DNA of 64,000 bases, taken from the NCBI GenBank assembly GCA_026023565.1, contig JAPETS010000018.1, positions 62,001-126,000 of the forward strand, in the 5' to 3' direction. The notes under the pieces are model-generated. The model was not told the origin of the DNA. It worked only from the letters and a program-made list of their open reading frames with translations, and ran no database searches. Shown in pieces: positions 38,896 to 51,125 of the stretch. The number at the start of each line of letters is the position of its first letter. The first letter of the stretch is position 1. The stretch is from Cirrosporium novae-zelandiae (Eukaryota). Both the position numbers and the translations under genes were made by a program.

Positions 38896-40632
38896 TTATT
38901 CATCCACTCCTCCAATCACAAACCTCACCCCCACCACAACCTCCTTCTCCTCAAACCATCCACCCCTCTCGGCCCTCACACTCCGATAAACCCCCATCCC
39001 CCTATCAACCTTCCAAACCCAATCCCACTCCTCGGTATTCCCATCCAAAGCTAAGCCTATCCTCTCCGCATACGTAACAACAGACCCGCGACTCAAAAAA
39101 GGCGTATAGAAATATGGTGCGATGCGATTCGACAGCGCTAGAGGGTTTGAATCCCCAACCCTTAATCTCGGATGGTTTCTCCCGGCCATGCGGAACGGGT
39201 CTGTAGGATCGAGGTCCAGGTCGCCGAGACGTGGTCCCTCGCCGATGGGCTTGTAGTCTTGGAGTGTTTGCCCCGGGGGGGATGGGCCGCCGGTGCGGAT
39301 TCGAGTGGGGCGCAGCATGTAGCCGGCGGCTGTGGTGTCTTTGCGGCCCTGGCCACCGAAGATTAACACGTCGATTATTCCGAGGGTTCCGGATAGGGGG
39401 GCCAGGGTGTCGGGGAGGGTGGTTTGGGAGAGTGCTTGGAGATAGTGCGTTATAAGAGGGGGGCTGCCGTCGGCGTTGGGTTTCCAATTTGTAGATTCTT
39501 CTTTTAGAGCTGCGTTTATCGTCTGCCAGCGTTGGTGGGGGGTTGGGGTGAGGTGTGTTCGGGTGCTAACGGGGCTGCCGCTGGCAGAGGTGCGAGACGG
39601 GTTGTTTGGGGATTTTCGGGTTGTGGATGAAGGCGGTGGCATGAGGATCCAAGGTCGCTCTATCAGGCGCTCCATGCGTCGACCAGAGAAGGTCTCGATC
39701 CATGGCTGACCGCTTTTTGCGATCTTTGGTGCCTCGCGCCCCGGGATGAAAGTCGATTGGCAGAAGTCGCCGTTGAGGAAGACGTCAATTTTCAGGTCTT
39801 GGTAGTTGGTGCGCGGTTTTGGAATGTTGGGTTGGCGGTCGAAGCTTGAGATGAAGGATTTGGGGGAGAGCGCTACGGATATAGTGAGGGCTTTGGGTAG
39901 GTTGGTGCTGCTGCTCTGGTTGGGGTGAGGAGGTGCTGAATAAGGTGTTGGTAATAGTTTATCTGGACAAGGAGAGGTTGTCTTGATCGATTCTTGGGGA
40001 GCAGGAGTTTTCGGAGCGGGGATGTTCAGAGCAGGACCAGACTCAAGGTTATGGTCCGATGATTGAACTGAGATGACAGAATCTGGGCGACTTTCCAAGG
40101 AAACTGGACTTGGAGAGGTGGGCTTGTTAACGTTACGGCTTGACCTTGTTACACGGCCTGTCGTAACCTTGCTCGCTATCGCCCTCTTAGTTGTAGTTGG
40201 AGTCGCTAGGAGTTGAGGGTTCTGCGACAAACTGCTAACTTCGGCGTAAGAAGAGGAAAATGCATCCAAAGACCTGTGCGCATTGGTATGCATAATTGTC
40301 TTTGTTGGCCAAGGTCTAGCATTTGTTTTCGTCTCTGGCTCATCGACTTCATTGTCAAGACTAATATGAGTAAGAAGCAGAGGCATGGGCAAGTGGTGAT
40401 CATTGGGAAGGAAACGAAGAGAAACTTCTGCGCCATCATCGAGGTTGTCGTAGACAGCTACATCCTTTAACATCTTTCGTGGAAGAGAAGCTTCGTTTAT
40501 AGCTGGGGGATCTGAAGCTGAAGCTGGGTCATCGACAGCTTGAGAAGTAGTTTGAGAGGTAGACACAGGTGGGTGTACCGCATCAGACACAAGAAGTCTA
40601 ACGGTTGTCTGCCGTGTGTGAAAGATTGGCAT
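38896..40632 (-). CDS. Conserved-looking fungal hypothetical protein
   Basis: 578-aa ATG ORF with ordered segments (QDLKIDVFLNGD, FSGRRMERLIERPW, LGIIDVLI, RQV/SVRAERGGWFEE..VVVGVRF) among low-complexity stretches. Confidence 0.75.
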   Translation of the reverse strand: MPIFHTRQTTVRLLVSDAVHPPVSTSQTTSQAVDDPASASDPPAINEASLPRKMLKDVAVYDNLDDGAEVSLRFLPNDHHLPMPLLLTHISLDNEVDEPETKTNARPWPTKTIMHTNAHRSLDAFSSSYAEVSSLSQNPQLLATPTTTKRAIASKVTTGRVTRSSRNVNKPTSPSPVSLESRPDSVISVQSSDHNLESGPALNIPAPKTPAPQESIKTTSPCPDKLLPTPYSAPPHPNQSSSTNLPKALTISVALSPKSFISSFDRQPNIPKPRTNYQDLKIDVFLNGDFCQSTFIPGREAPKIAKSGQPWIETFSGRRMERLIERPWILMPPPSSTTRKSPNNPSRTSASGSPVSTRTHLTPTPHQRWQTINAALKEESTNWKPNADGSPPLITHYLQALSQTTLPDTLAPLSGTLGIIDVLIFGGQGRKDTTAAGYMLRPTRIRTGGPSPPGQTLQDYKPIGEGPRLGDLDLDPTDPFRMAGRNHPRLRVGDSNPLALSNRIAPYFYTPFLSRGSVVTYAERIGLALDGNTEEWDWVWKVDRGMGVYRSVRAERGGWFEEKEVVVGVRFVIGGVDE

Positions 40633-41078
40633 TGTGCAACGAAGTTAAAAGATGACATGAATGGATTATGACTTGTGATAAATTTAGAAGTGAAGATTGA
40701 ATTGTGTGCTTGAGATTTCGAGGATGAATCTGGGAATTGGACCAACTTAGACGTCTCTGGTACAGACCTTCAAACAAAATTGATTTGCGTTATTTACGTT
40801 CCATCACCTCCACTTGGTGTCTTGGTGTTGCAACCCATTCTCCCAGTCTTAACACACATTAACACTGCACTGGACTTGCTAAATCTCATACTTGAATTAG
40901 GATACCTTATTGCGGATACTAGATGCAACGACCACAACGCAGATTATTGCAAAAAGCTACTCTTAAATGGGCATGAAAAAGGCAGCTTAGGAATATATTG
41001 ATCGTCACTGGTTAGCCTGACACTTACTAGATCAATCCATGAGAATAATCAAGCAGTATCCTGAGAACGTAGCTATTG

Positions 41079-41935
41079 TCAAATATCTGGCTTTTTGGAG
41101 TCATTCTCCGTATTTCCGAGCCCCTCTCCTAACGCCATAATAGTCTGTTCATAAACTCTCGCAACCAGCATTTCCCACGAGGCTTCACTCTCATCAGCCA
41201 TTTCATCAACCATTTCATCCATCGTATCTTCAGCATCAGTCTCATTTTCAACATCTCCGGCGTCTTCATTTACATCATCGTTTTGGCTGCATGCTACAAC
41301 AACCACTCTTGTTCCCTCCACAAGACCTTTTATTCGGACTTTTTCGGTGACGCTGACTGCAGTTTTTTTGCCGGCCAGTCCAGGTAAAGGCTTTCCAGTT
41401 TCTGGCTCCTTACCTTGGATGAGAGCCGCAAAGACAGTATCAATTTTGTGGAGGAGAGAGAATGTACGATGAGGGGTAAAGGGAAAAGAGGGGAGATAAT
41501 TTGCAGCTAGCAAGGCAATAGAAAGAAGGTATGAGACTTGAAGAGATGCTATACAAAATCAGAATCCCATGACAGTAAGATCATTCTCATCCTAAGGGGA
41601 AACTTACGGGTCCCGCTAACCCATATGACATCCAGACAAGTACCTATATCCTTGGCCACCTCAGAGAAGCTTTTATACCCTCTCATGGCATTATCCTCCG
41701 TCTCGTCATCATCACTGAATTTTTTCGCAAAACGACGTTGGATGACAAGTAGCTGGGAATCAACATAATTAATAAATGATGCTTCTTTGGCTGAACCACC
41801 CTTCAAGGGATGCGCGCGTGGGGTGGGAAGAATAGAGGCACCCGGAGTAGAGGCCACGGAGGAAGGAGCTGGGGAAGGTAAGTTTGGTCTGAAAAAGCCC
41901 CCAGGTTCAGAGCATGATGAAGCAAAGGTAGCCAT
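41079..41935 (-). CDS. TFIIH accessory subunit Tfb6-like protein
   Basis: Exons 41935-41608 and 41548-41079 (GTAAGT..TAG). LPTPRAHPLK.GSAKE, IWVSGTPSLQ, YLPSFP and VTEKVRIKGLVEGTRV motifs. Family assigned from recall. Confidence 0.7.
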
Positions 41936-43523
41936 GATATTTCAGGTTAGAGATGTATTTGTTCAATTACAAAATAGTTGGAAGTGTTTTAACAAAATGT
42001 CTTTGCGTTCCCTAGAAAGTATGTCGCTTGGGTCGCACGCTGGTCCCAGAATAATCAGATTTTCATGTGTTAAGGATTAAAAGTGTGATGTAGAAAATAT
42101 ATAGATTTGTAGAGGAAGAAATATTAGTTATATATTTCGTAAAAACGGTCTATGCTCAAAACTAATTCTAATAGTAACTACAATTAACAGGAAAAAGGGT
42201 TTTTGGAGACCGAGGGCGAGTCGCAAAGTCTTTAACGGAGAATCTTTGTTGCGGCCTCGGTTGGGATTTGGACATTCCTCATCTCGGTCCATTATCTCCC
42301 AATTACCTAGGTACCTAGGTATCTTCTTGGAATGCTTTATTTTTGCTTGTTGCTTCTATCAACAGTCTTGCTGACACAATCTAGTAGATAAATGTGATCA
42401 TCAGTATCAGACTATCAGCAGAACAGGTTACTATCACCTTCACAGTTAGATTTGCGATATTATAGTACGCGCAGAAGTGGGCAGTCGTATTCATGCTTTT
42501 AGTTACATGTGGTAGGAGTTTTATATCTAATATTTCATTGGCTTTACTACAAAAAGAAGGAGCAATTTTTTGCATCCCCAGGGCTTGGGAGGTGCCAGGA
42601 ATCTTGAGCGGATTGGCGTCTTTCTTCATTGGACGGCATCGTTATCTCGGCTAGTTCCGCCAAGATATCCGCCAAGATGTATTCTCGACGGAGTGGACGA
42701 CCAAGGAGTGGATATGAAAAAAACAAAAAAATGGCAAGATAAACAAGCCGGAGTCGATGGGGGTTAATGTGGGTTAATGCGGAAAACGGTCATTTACAGA
42801 AAAGAATATCTATCCTACTTGCTATTAGGATGAATACCTACCACAATCAATTTAGTCTACCATTCCTGATCTTGAACGAATGTCGCATGTGTAATTTCTC
42901 AGACCTGCTTGATCCTTATGATTTGGCACTGATGGATTCAATTACAGCCTGAAAAAAATATTCTAGAAGCTCACAGGGATCGGACAAGTCCCCTCAAGGG
43001 GAATATGGAAAAGAGCTGTAAGTAAAGCCAAACTCGGGCCCAGAGAACACAAGATCAATTCAATGGTGATACAAGCCAGTCAAACGGCTGCTTAAGTTTG
43101 ATGTATCCCATAGCCTTCATTTCTACGGGACCCCTCTAGCCCTGGTTAGAAGTGATAAATGAAGCACTAGGATATTGCGTGGCCGGTGGAATTCATGCAT
43201 TAGATTGGATGATAAGAGTCTTCTATGATACGAAATGGATCCTTTATTAAATGAATACTCCTGGAGACGATCATTATCAGATCCTAACGCAACCCAACGA
43301 GTCCCCTCTCCCGTGTTTATCATGCAACCCCAGAGAAACCGTTCCTCTCGTCTGTACACTGTGGTTCTTTTTTTCCTTGGCGCGCGGGAAATGATTATGC
43401 ACCATTCTGAGATAACATATAAAGAGATGGGAGATATATTTCCATCCTCGGTCTTTTTATTCCCTGTCCCAGCCCGTCGATGCTACACTCCAAACCCCCC
43501 AACTTCAGCCTTCGTTTACAGCT

Positions 43524-45785
43524 ATGAACGTCGGGAATGAGCTCGAAGCCCAAGAGCTTGCAAAAGCTCGTGTGCCCAAACTACCCACCCCAGTGGCTGA
43601 AAAGGGGCTGGAATTGGTAACCCAAGAAACCTCGGTGCATGAAGAAACTGAATATCCTCCTCCGACCGAAGAGGAGCGCCAGACACTTCATCGAGTCTCT
43701 GGATATATTCCATGGCAAGTTTATACAGTTGCCTTTGTGGAAATGTGCGAGCGCTTTTCTTATTATGGGACAACTGCTGTTTGTAAGTGCCTAGCAAGAT
43801 CTATGATGAGTCGGCGGGGCTAATTGATATAACCTAAAGTTGTCAATTTCATCCAACAGCCTCGTCCTGAAGGATCGTCCACTGGTGCCGGATATTCAGG
43901 TCAATCGGGCGCTCTTGGTATGGGCCAGCGCGCTTCCACGGGTTTGACGACTTGTCAGTATTTCCAATATGACTTTTACCTTTCGAACTATGCTCACATT
44001 CAAGTACAGTCAACCAATTCTGGGCATACTGCATGCCTCTTCTTGGTGCATACCTTGCCGATCAGTATTGGGGACGTATGAAGACCATACAGATCTCCAT
44101 TGCTGTTGCTCTTGTTGGACATGTTATCCTCATCATATCCGCTCTTCCACCTGTCATTGACAACCCTCATGGTGCCATTGCTGCATTCTCAATTGGACTC
44201 GTTATTATGGGCTTGGGAACAGGTCCGGGACCCTTTACACATTCCATTGCTTAACAGTCTCATGGATAATTGCTTACTGTGGAAACAGGCGGCTTTAAAC
44301 CAAATGTGTCTGTCCTAATTACGGAACAAATAAAGGTACTTCCATCTTTACTGATCTCTTGATATGTTTTATGATACTGACAAGAATTTATTCACTAGGA
44401 AACGAAAGAATATGTGCAGATAGATAAAAAGGGCAACCGCGTCATCGTAGATCCGGTTGTGACAGTATCACGAATATATCTTTACTTTTACTTTGTGATC
44501 AATGTTGGTAGTCTGGTTGGTAGTATTGCTATGGTATATGGTACGTAGCTACCTTCCTACACTTTACCATATAACCACTAACCATTACCAAGCGGAGAAA
44601 TATGTGGGCTTCTGGTTGTCCTTCCTCCTCCCAACCATCATGTTTGCCATGGCACCCTTCGTCCTGTATTTCTGCCGCAAGAAGTATATTCTCCTGCCTC
44701 CCACCGGTTCCACATTTGCCAAAGCTATGAAGCTTTGGGGGTTAGCTATGAAGGGACAATGGTCGTGGAATCCCATGCAAACAAGAAAAAACATCGCTTC
44801 TCCGGACTTTTGGGAAAGGGTGAAGCCTAGCAATATAACAAATAAGCCTGCTTGGATGACGTTTGATGATGCATGGGTTGAGGAGGTCCGACGTGGTCTT
44901 ATGGCCTGCAAAGTATTTCTGTGGTATCCACTATATTGTACGTTTCCTTCCTCCCTTGTTACCAATTATAAAGGAATATTGAGAGCTTACATCATCCTTG
45001 CAGGGCTGGCTTACAACCAAATGACGAATAACCTGACATCGCAAGCTGCAACCATGGAACTGAACGGTGTTCCTAACGACATTTTTTCCAATTTCAACCC
45101 TCTATCGATTATCATTCTTATCCCCATTATGGACTTCTGGGTCTATGCAGGACTTCGAAAAGCTGGCATTAATTTCACGCCTCTCAAACGAATGTATGTC
45201 AACCCCCCCTTTCCCCGAACGCCATTCCCTCATAACTAACGCCCACTTTCTAGTACCTTCGGCTTCTTCATAGCCTCCTGCGCCATGATATCCGCCTGCG
45301 TAACCCAATACTACATCTACAAAAAAGGCAAATGCCACTCTCACATGAACGACTGCGACGAAACTGCCCCTATCTCCGTCTGGGTCCAAGTCCTCCCCTA
45401 CGGTCTCATTGGCGCCTCAGAGATCATGGCCTCTATCACCAGCCTTGAGTACGCCTTCACCAAAGCCCCCAAGAACATGCGTTCCATGGTCCAGGCCGTC
45501 GCCCTCTTCATGAACGCGGTCGCCGCGGCTATCGGGCAGGCTCTAGTTGCCTTGGCCGAAGATCCGTTGCTGATCTGGAATTACGGGTGTGTGGCTGTTG
45601 TGGCGTTTATTGGGGGCGTGCTGTTTTGGATTGATAATCGGAAGTTGGATAAGGAGGAGGAGAGGCTTAATAATTTGGCGGCCGGAGATTTCCAGAGTGA
45701 GGTTAGCGATGAGGAGAAGAATCTTGCTGCTGCTGAGCCAACGCGGGGATCCGAGTCTCCTAAAACGAGCCAGGAAAAGGTTTGA
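43524..45785 (+). CDS. PTR2: Proton-dependent oligopeptide transporter (POT/PTR family)
   Basis: Eight exons; introns ~43783-43839, 43954-44009, 44223-44288, 44336-44398, 44540-44592, 44938-45003 and 45194-45253. EMCERFSYYG (ExxERFxYY), GAYLADQYWGR, FYFVINVGSL and EYAFTKAPKNMRS motifs. Confidence 0.95.
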
Positions 45786-46457
45786 AAGAAGTCTTTGAAC
45801 TGTTAATCAGGCCGAGTCTTTTGTTTTGGGGACTTGAAATTCCTTGATGGGGGATTGATTTATGCGATGCGATACGATGCAATTCATGGCTTTTAATGCT
45901 GGCTACGAAAACCACTTTGAAGAAATTATTATGTCATATATTTGAATGGCTGTATCTAAATCCTGAACTGAAGAGAATCGATCTACATAGTCGTATGGTG
46001 GACAAATGAATTGAAATGAATAATGCTTTCAATAGAATATCTAAAGACTGCTGGTGGTAGAAATAAATGGTGTAAATCAATATATCCATATTGATCGACG
46101 GAGATAATTATAGTTATTTCTTTATCAACAATCAAAGTCTCGCTTAGACGAAATATGCAACCACTTCTCCTTTGGACCCCTGCGGATATAGCGGGGTAGT
46201 CCTTCTATATCTATCTACTGTGGTAACGATAGCTTATCTCCTTTTTTTTGATAGTTTAATATAAAGAAGAGTTTTCTATGTACGGTACTTTACTTTATAT
46301 ATTTAGAGTGACTACCTAAGTAGTTAGTAACGCCATCTTTTTCTTCATTAAGATTTTTAGCACCTCCTCCACACCACCCCCCACGCATTGAAATTGAAGC
46401 AACTACAACACCAATAGTAATAGAACAAAAAAGCCCCCAGGACGAGAATTCCCCGCA

Positions 46458-47244
46458 ATGGCTACCTCAACCGCAACCACCACAAACACCACCACCACCT
46501 TCAAACCCGCCCTCATAGTAGTTGATATGCAAGAAGATTTCTGTCCACCGGTACGTCCCCCACCCCCTGCATCAATTCAACTAACAACCTACCAACCAGA
46601 ACGGCACACTGGCTGTCCCCTCGGCGCGCGCCCTCACCCCCACAATAAACACGCTCCTAGCCCTCCCCTTCGCCCTAAAAATCGCCACCCAAGACTGGCA
46701 CCCCATAAACTCAACGACCTTCGCCCAGAGCCACCTCCCACCGGACAACATCCCCTTCGTCACCAAGCGCCAAATCCCGAATCCATTCTCCCCTTCCCAA
46801 TACCTCCCCACAACCCTCTGGCCCGTCCACTGCATCCAGGAAACCCCAGGCGCATCCATAATCCCGGAGATAAATTCCTCGGCCTTCGATCTCATCGTCA
46901 AGAAGGGGATGGATAAGCGCGTGGAGCAGTACAGCGCGTTTGGGGATATCTTTGGGAATAAGAATGTGCCGGAGGGGGTGAGCTTGGATTTGGGGAGGTA
47001 TTTGGAGGGGGAGGGGGTCAGTCATGTTTTTTTGGTGGGGGTTGCGGGTGATTTGTGTGTGAGGTATTCGGCGGTTGATGCAAGGAAGGAGGGGTTTGAG
47101 ACGGTTGTTGTGAAGGAGGGGATCGCGTGTGTGGATGAGGGGGATGCGGGGTGGGGGGAAACGAAGAGGGAGCTGGAAGAAGTGGGTGTGAAGGTTGTGG
47201 GGGTTGAGGGGGAGGAAGTCGGGAGGGTTAGGGCGTTGGCTTGA
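46458..47244 (+). CDS. PNC1: Nicotinamidase/pyrazinamidase (isochorismatase family)
   Basis: Exons 46458-46550 and 46600-47244. VVDMQEDF, QDWHP, LWPVHC, KKG..EQYSAF and GVAGDLCV supply the Asp/Lys/Cys triad and metal ligands. Confidence 0.9.
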
Positions 47245-47939
47245 GATAAAGGGATGGGGATGTGAATGGGTATTTGCATATTGGGAGGAGGTTTGACTGA
47301 TTAATTACTCTCTTTTTTTCTTTCCTCTTCTTCTCCCCATTTGGTTTGGGAGTTAGGTCTTCTTCGGTTGACTGTGATAGATGGATATGTCCATGCGAGT
47401 GGTCCGTAGAATAACACCTATAATCCAATCAACAGAAAAGTGTTTGGAATCTACACGAGGGGCCTCATGGTAGACACAAGTAACAATCCCCGAGGCTGCC
47501 GTCTCATATTCGTCTTGTCTGGCGTGCCGGCCAACTTGGAGCCCCAAAGAAGCTCATCCTCATAGGTAGCTAACCTCCACCGAAAGTAAAAGAGCCAGCT
47601 TGTTCTTTTTGCATCACTTTCACCCATCCATATATAACTCCAAACATACAATAGCAACATAGTTGATCTTATCCAGAGAAAAAAATTGACTATGCAGAGC
47701 ATGGAAAGAAAGACGTTATAAATAATTAAGAAGACTAAGTCCAATACTAATCTAGGCTAGTCGTCACCATTTAACCTCCCCCGGCGAATATCACAAACTT
47801 ACTGTACAGTACTCGAGTACAACAATACTGCAACGAGGAATGGGAGCAAGCAGACCAGACATTCTTTAGATGTATAACATCTATTCTTCATCTTGCACAT
47901 CAGATTCCTATATCCTACCCTATTGACTAATCATTCGTG

Positions 47940-49905
47940 ATGTGGAAACCTCCTCCTGCACCGCCTCCCCGGCATCTCGCTCCCTCGTCCTCCACAGCGG
48001 GGTTCTTCCAAACACCTCCGAGGTTGGAGAATCAGATGAGAGAGGATGTGGCTTTTAAGAGGGTCGTTGACCGTGAGGTTTTTCGTTTTCCTTATTCGTG
48101 TATATGATTATTGATTGATCGATTTATCAATTACCTGAGCCTACCTTATTTTCTACCCTACTTACTCGTCTAAATTAGTTTTCCTCCCACCTCAATTCAA
48201 CCCCCTCGCTCACGAAATCTCCACCGACCTTCTGCGTTTCGGCGATTTAGTCCTCACACCCGAAGTCCTCTCCTGGGTCGCGGACGCTGAATCCCACCCT
48301 CCAGCCCACCACCCTCACGATACATTTGGCCATCGCATCGATAACCTCAGCACCTCTACAGGATGGAAACAGCAGCTCGCCCTTGCAGCTCGCGAAGGAA
48401 TAATCGCGATCGGGTATGAGCCCCATTGGGGTGCAAGCGCACGCACGTATCAGTTTCTAAAGATGGCACTGTGGGCGCCAAGTTCGGCGCTCGCGACTTG
48501 TCCGATTGGGATGAGTGATGGGGCTGCGGTGGTGATGAAGAGGCGTGGGAATTTGGGAGAGGGGATGGGGAGTAGGGTTTTTGAGAGGCTGACGTCCAGG
48601 GATATGGGGAGAGTCTGGTGGAGTGGGCAGTGGATGACGGAGCGGAAGGGAGGTAGCGATGTGAGGGGTACAGAGACCGTGGCTGAATTGGTCGGTAGCC
48701 CTAATTCCAGTTCGGTATGTGCGGGAGAGGGACCGTGGAGTATTAGTGGATTTAAATGGTTCACGAGCGCTGTTGACGCAGACATGTCTATCTTACTTGC
48801 ACAGACTACAGGTGGGCTAAGCGCTTTCTATGCGCCTATGAGGAGGACTTCTGGGGAGCTAAATGGTGTGCGAGTGCAGCGTCTTAAGAATAAGCTGGGC
48901 ACGAAGCCCGTGCCGACGGCGGAGCTGGTGCTAAATAGGATGAAGGGATTCCTGATCGGAAACGAAGGTGAAGGCGTCAAGGAAATCGCACACGTGCTTA
49001 ATATGACTAGAATCCATAATGCCGTGACAGCGATGGGAACTTTGGGACGAGGGCTTGCAATTGCAAAAGCGTACGCCAAGGTTCGGAAAGTGGCTGGGGG
49101 AACTCCGCTGAAAGATGTGAAAGCACATGTGAGAAGTTTGGCGACGGATTGGGTAGATTATTGGGGGAACCTGTTCCTGACATTTTGGGTTGTTGGTTTG
49201 CTGGGCCGTTCCGAGCATCCACAGTCCGAATCATCGCTAGATCCCCTTCTTCCTGAAGATCCTAAGGCGGTCCACCTGCTTCTTCGTCTCATGACACCTA
49301 TGGTGAAGGCTACCACGGCCCTAGCGGCCATCAAGGGCCTGAGGTCTTGCATGGAACATCTCGGCGGGATTGGCTATTTGGAAGATGTCCAAGACCAGAG
49401 ATTCAATGTCGCGAGACTATTTCGGGATGTTTGCGTCTTGAGTATCTGGGAGGGTACAACCGACGTTATGGCCGATGATCTTGTCAGAGTGCTGAAAGGG
49501 AGCCAGGGCACACCTGTTCTAGAAGCCGTGAAGACATGGCTAGAAAGTATGACTAAGGGGGCGATGCCAGCCTCCTCTTCAGATGGTCGATGGAAACCTG
49601 AAATCGAGATACTCAAAACATCCCTTCAGACGTTGAAGAACACTGTCAAGACAAAGGAGAGAGAAGAGCTAAAATGGATGGGCAGGGAAATAATGGAAGA
49701 ATCATCTTGGATCATCATTGGAACACTGCTGGTTTTTGATGCAGCCAGAGACAATAATTCGGTGGCCGAAGAGGTTGCAAAGAGATGGATTTTCAAGGGA
49801 ACTAGACTCGCAGGACAAGCAGAAGGTCACTGGAGTCATGTGGCGGAATGGGATAAAAGAATTGTCTTTGGTTTCGAGAGCAGCAGAGAGATGTCAAAGC
49901 TGTAA
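47940..49905 (+). CDS. Acyl-CoA dehydrogenase family protein, AidB/ACDH-11-like
   Basis: Exons 47940-48072 and 48179-49905 join in frame. PSSSTAGFFQ, CPIGMSDGA, GQWMTERKGGSDV, GFKWFTS, RLKNKLGT, MEHLGGIGYLE and SIWEGTTDV motifs. Confidence 0.88.
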
Positions 49906-50357
49906 AAGTACCGAGTTGCACACATGATAATTACCTAGCTTAGACTTGCCATGCACAACATCAAGGTTGAATGACCTCAAAAATTGAACAATCAAGTGAT
50001 GATACCGTACAGCTCGATTTCCAGGGAATTGTTCTTGGAAGCAGGTGGCTACCGCATGGCAAACTTCTAACGTTATTCTGGAGCCAATATGAACACAATT
50101 CCACCTCATCCATGACGATGACAACGACGACGAAAATGGAAACGAAGAAGAAAACATAACCTACAACAAACATGTAAAAAAATAACGTTAAACCAAACCA
50201 TCAATGGTCCATAAATACCACCCCAAGCCTCAACGCCCATCTACAACTCTCTAACAAATTACATATAAAAAATCTTCATCCCAACCCAACCATCCCAGCC
50301 CATCTACAACTACAAGCAACTCCCCTATCCATTCCAAAATCCATCCAGAAACAAAAA

Positions 50358-50765
50358 ATGCCCCAATACAAAATCGGCCAATCAGTCCGCTACAAACCAA
50401 TTGGAGGTAAAAATTCACCCCCCTCTCTTTCCTCCCTAGGCTACTACCACCACCACCATCATCATCATCCTCCCCCCAAACCTAACCAATCAACACGACA
50501 ACTAGGTCCCGACTCCAACACCCCCACAAGCATCGGCACAATAAAAGAAGTCATAACATCCCCCGGTGTCCTCATGGATAGAATGGTTGAGGCTTCCGAA
50601 GAGGAGCCGAGGTATGAGGTATGTCCTATGTTCTCCCTCTCCTTTTTTGGGGGGGGGGTTGAGTTTATATAAATATTGAGGGATGATGAATTTTTTTAGA
50701 TTGAGAATCGGAATACGGGAAAGTCGGCCGCGTTGAAGGAGGCGTGTATTGTGGGACTTGCTTAG
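50358..50765 (+). CDS. Small Hva1 TUDOR-like domain protein
   Basis: Exons 50358-50406, 50506-50618 and 50700-50765 give MPQYKIGQSVRYKPIGGPDSNTPTSIGTIKEV..ASEEEPRYEIENRNTGKSAALKEACIVGLA*. Confidence 0.8.
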
Positions 50766-50797
50766 GTGGAGGAGAGGGTGGATGAATGAGGGGGGGT

Positions 50798-50830
<33 letters not shown>
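50798..50830. repeat. (TGA)11 microsatellite
   Basis: Read directly. It explains the poly-His and poly-Ser antisense ORFs. Confidence 0.95.
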
Positions 50831-50837
<7 letters not shown>

Positions 50838-51099
50838 TCATTGTTTTGTGTCCACGTGAAAGGGAGGGAGGGGGGGTTGTATGTATGTGTATATATGTGT
50901 ATCGTGGATCTCTTGAGGGTTTCTGTACTGATAAGGTTGAATTTTGGTTTTGAGGATCTAGGATACTGGTATGAGTGCACCACACTATGGGGGGCGTACG
51001 CGCGGTATGATTATGATTTATACTGAGCTGAATAAATAGGGTTATAATATAGTAGGAAATATACAAAAAAAGGAAAAAAAGTAGATATACTATTAATGT

Positions 51100-51125
51100 A
51101 GAGAGAGAGAGAGAGAGAGAGAGAG
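51100..51125. repeat. (AG)13 microsatellite
   Basis: Read directly. Confidence 0.95.

Noticed and set aside
47353..47744. Minus-strand short frames with protein-like text between PNC1 and the acyl-CoA dehydrogenase
   Set aside because: No ATG-initiated coherent model or recognisable family; too weak to call a pseudogene.
9229..49905. Apparent DNA-repair/stress cluster (Wss1, HELQ, TFB6, SNT2, AidB-like)
   Set aside because: The genes are spread over 40 kb among unrelated housekeeping genes. There is no shared motif or synteny evidence in the sequence.
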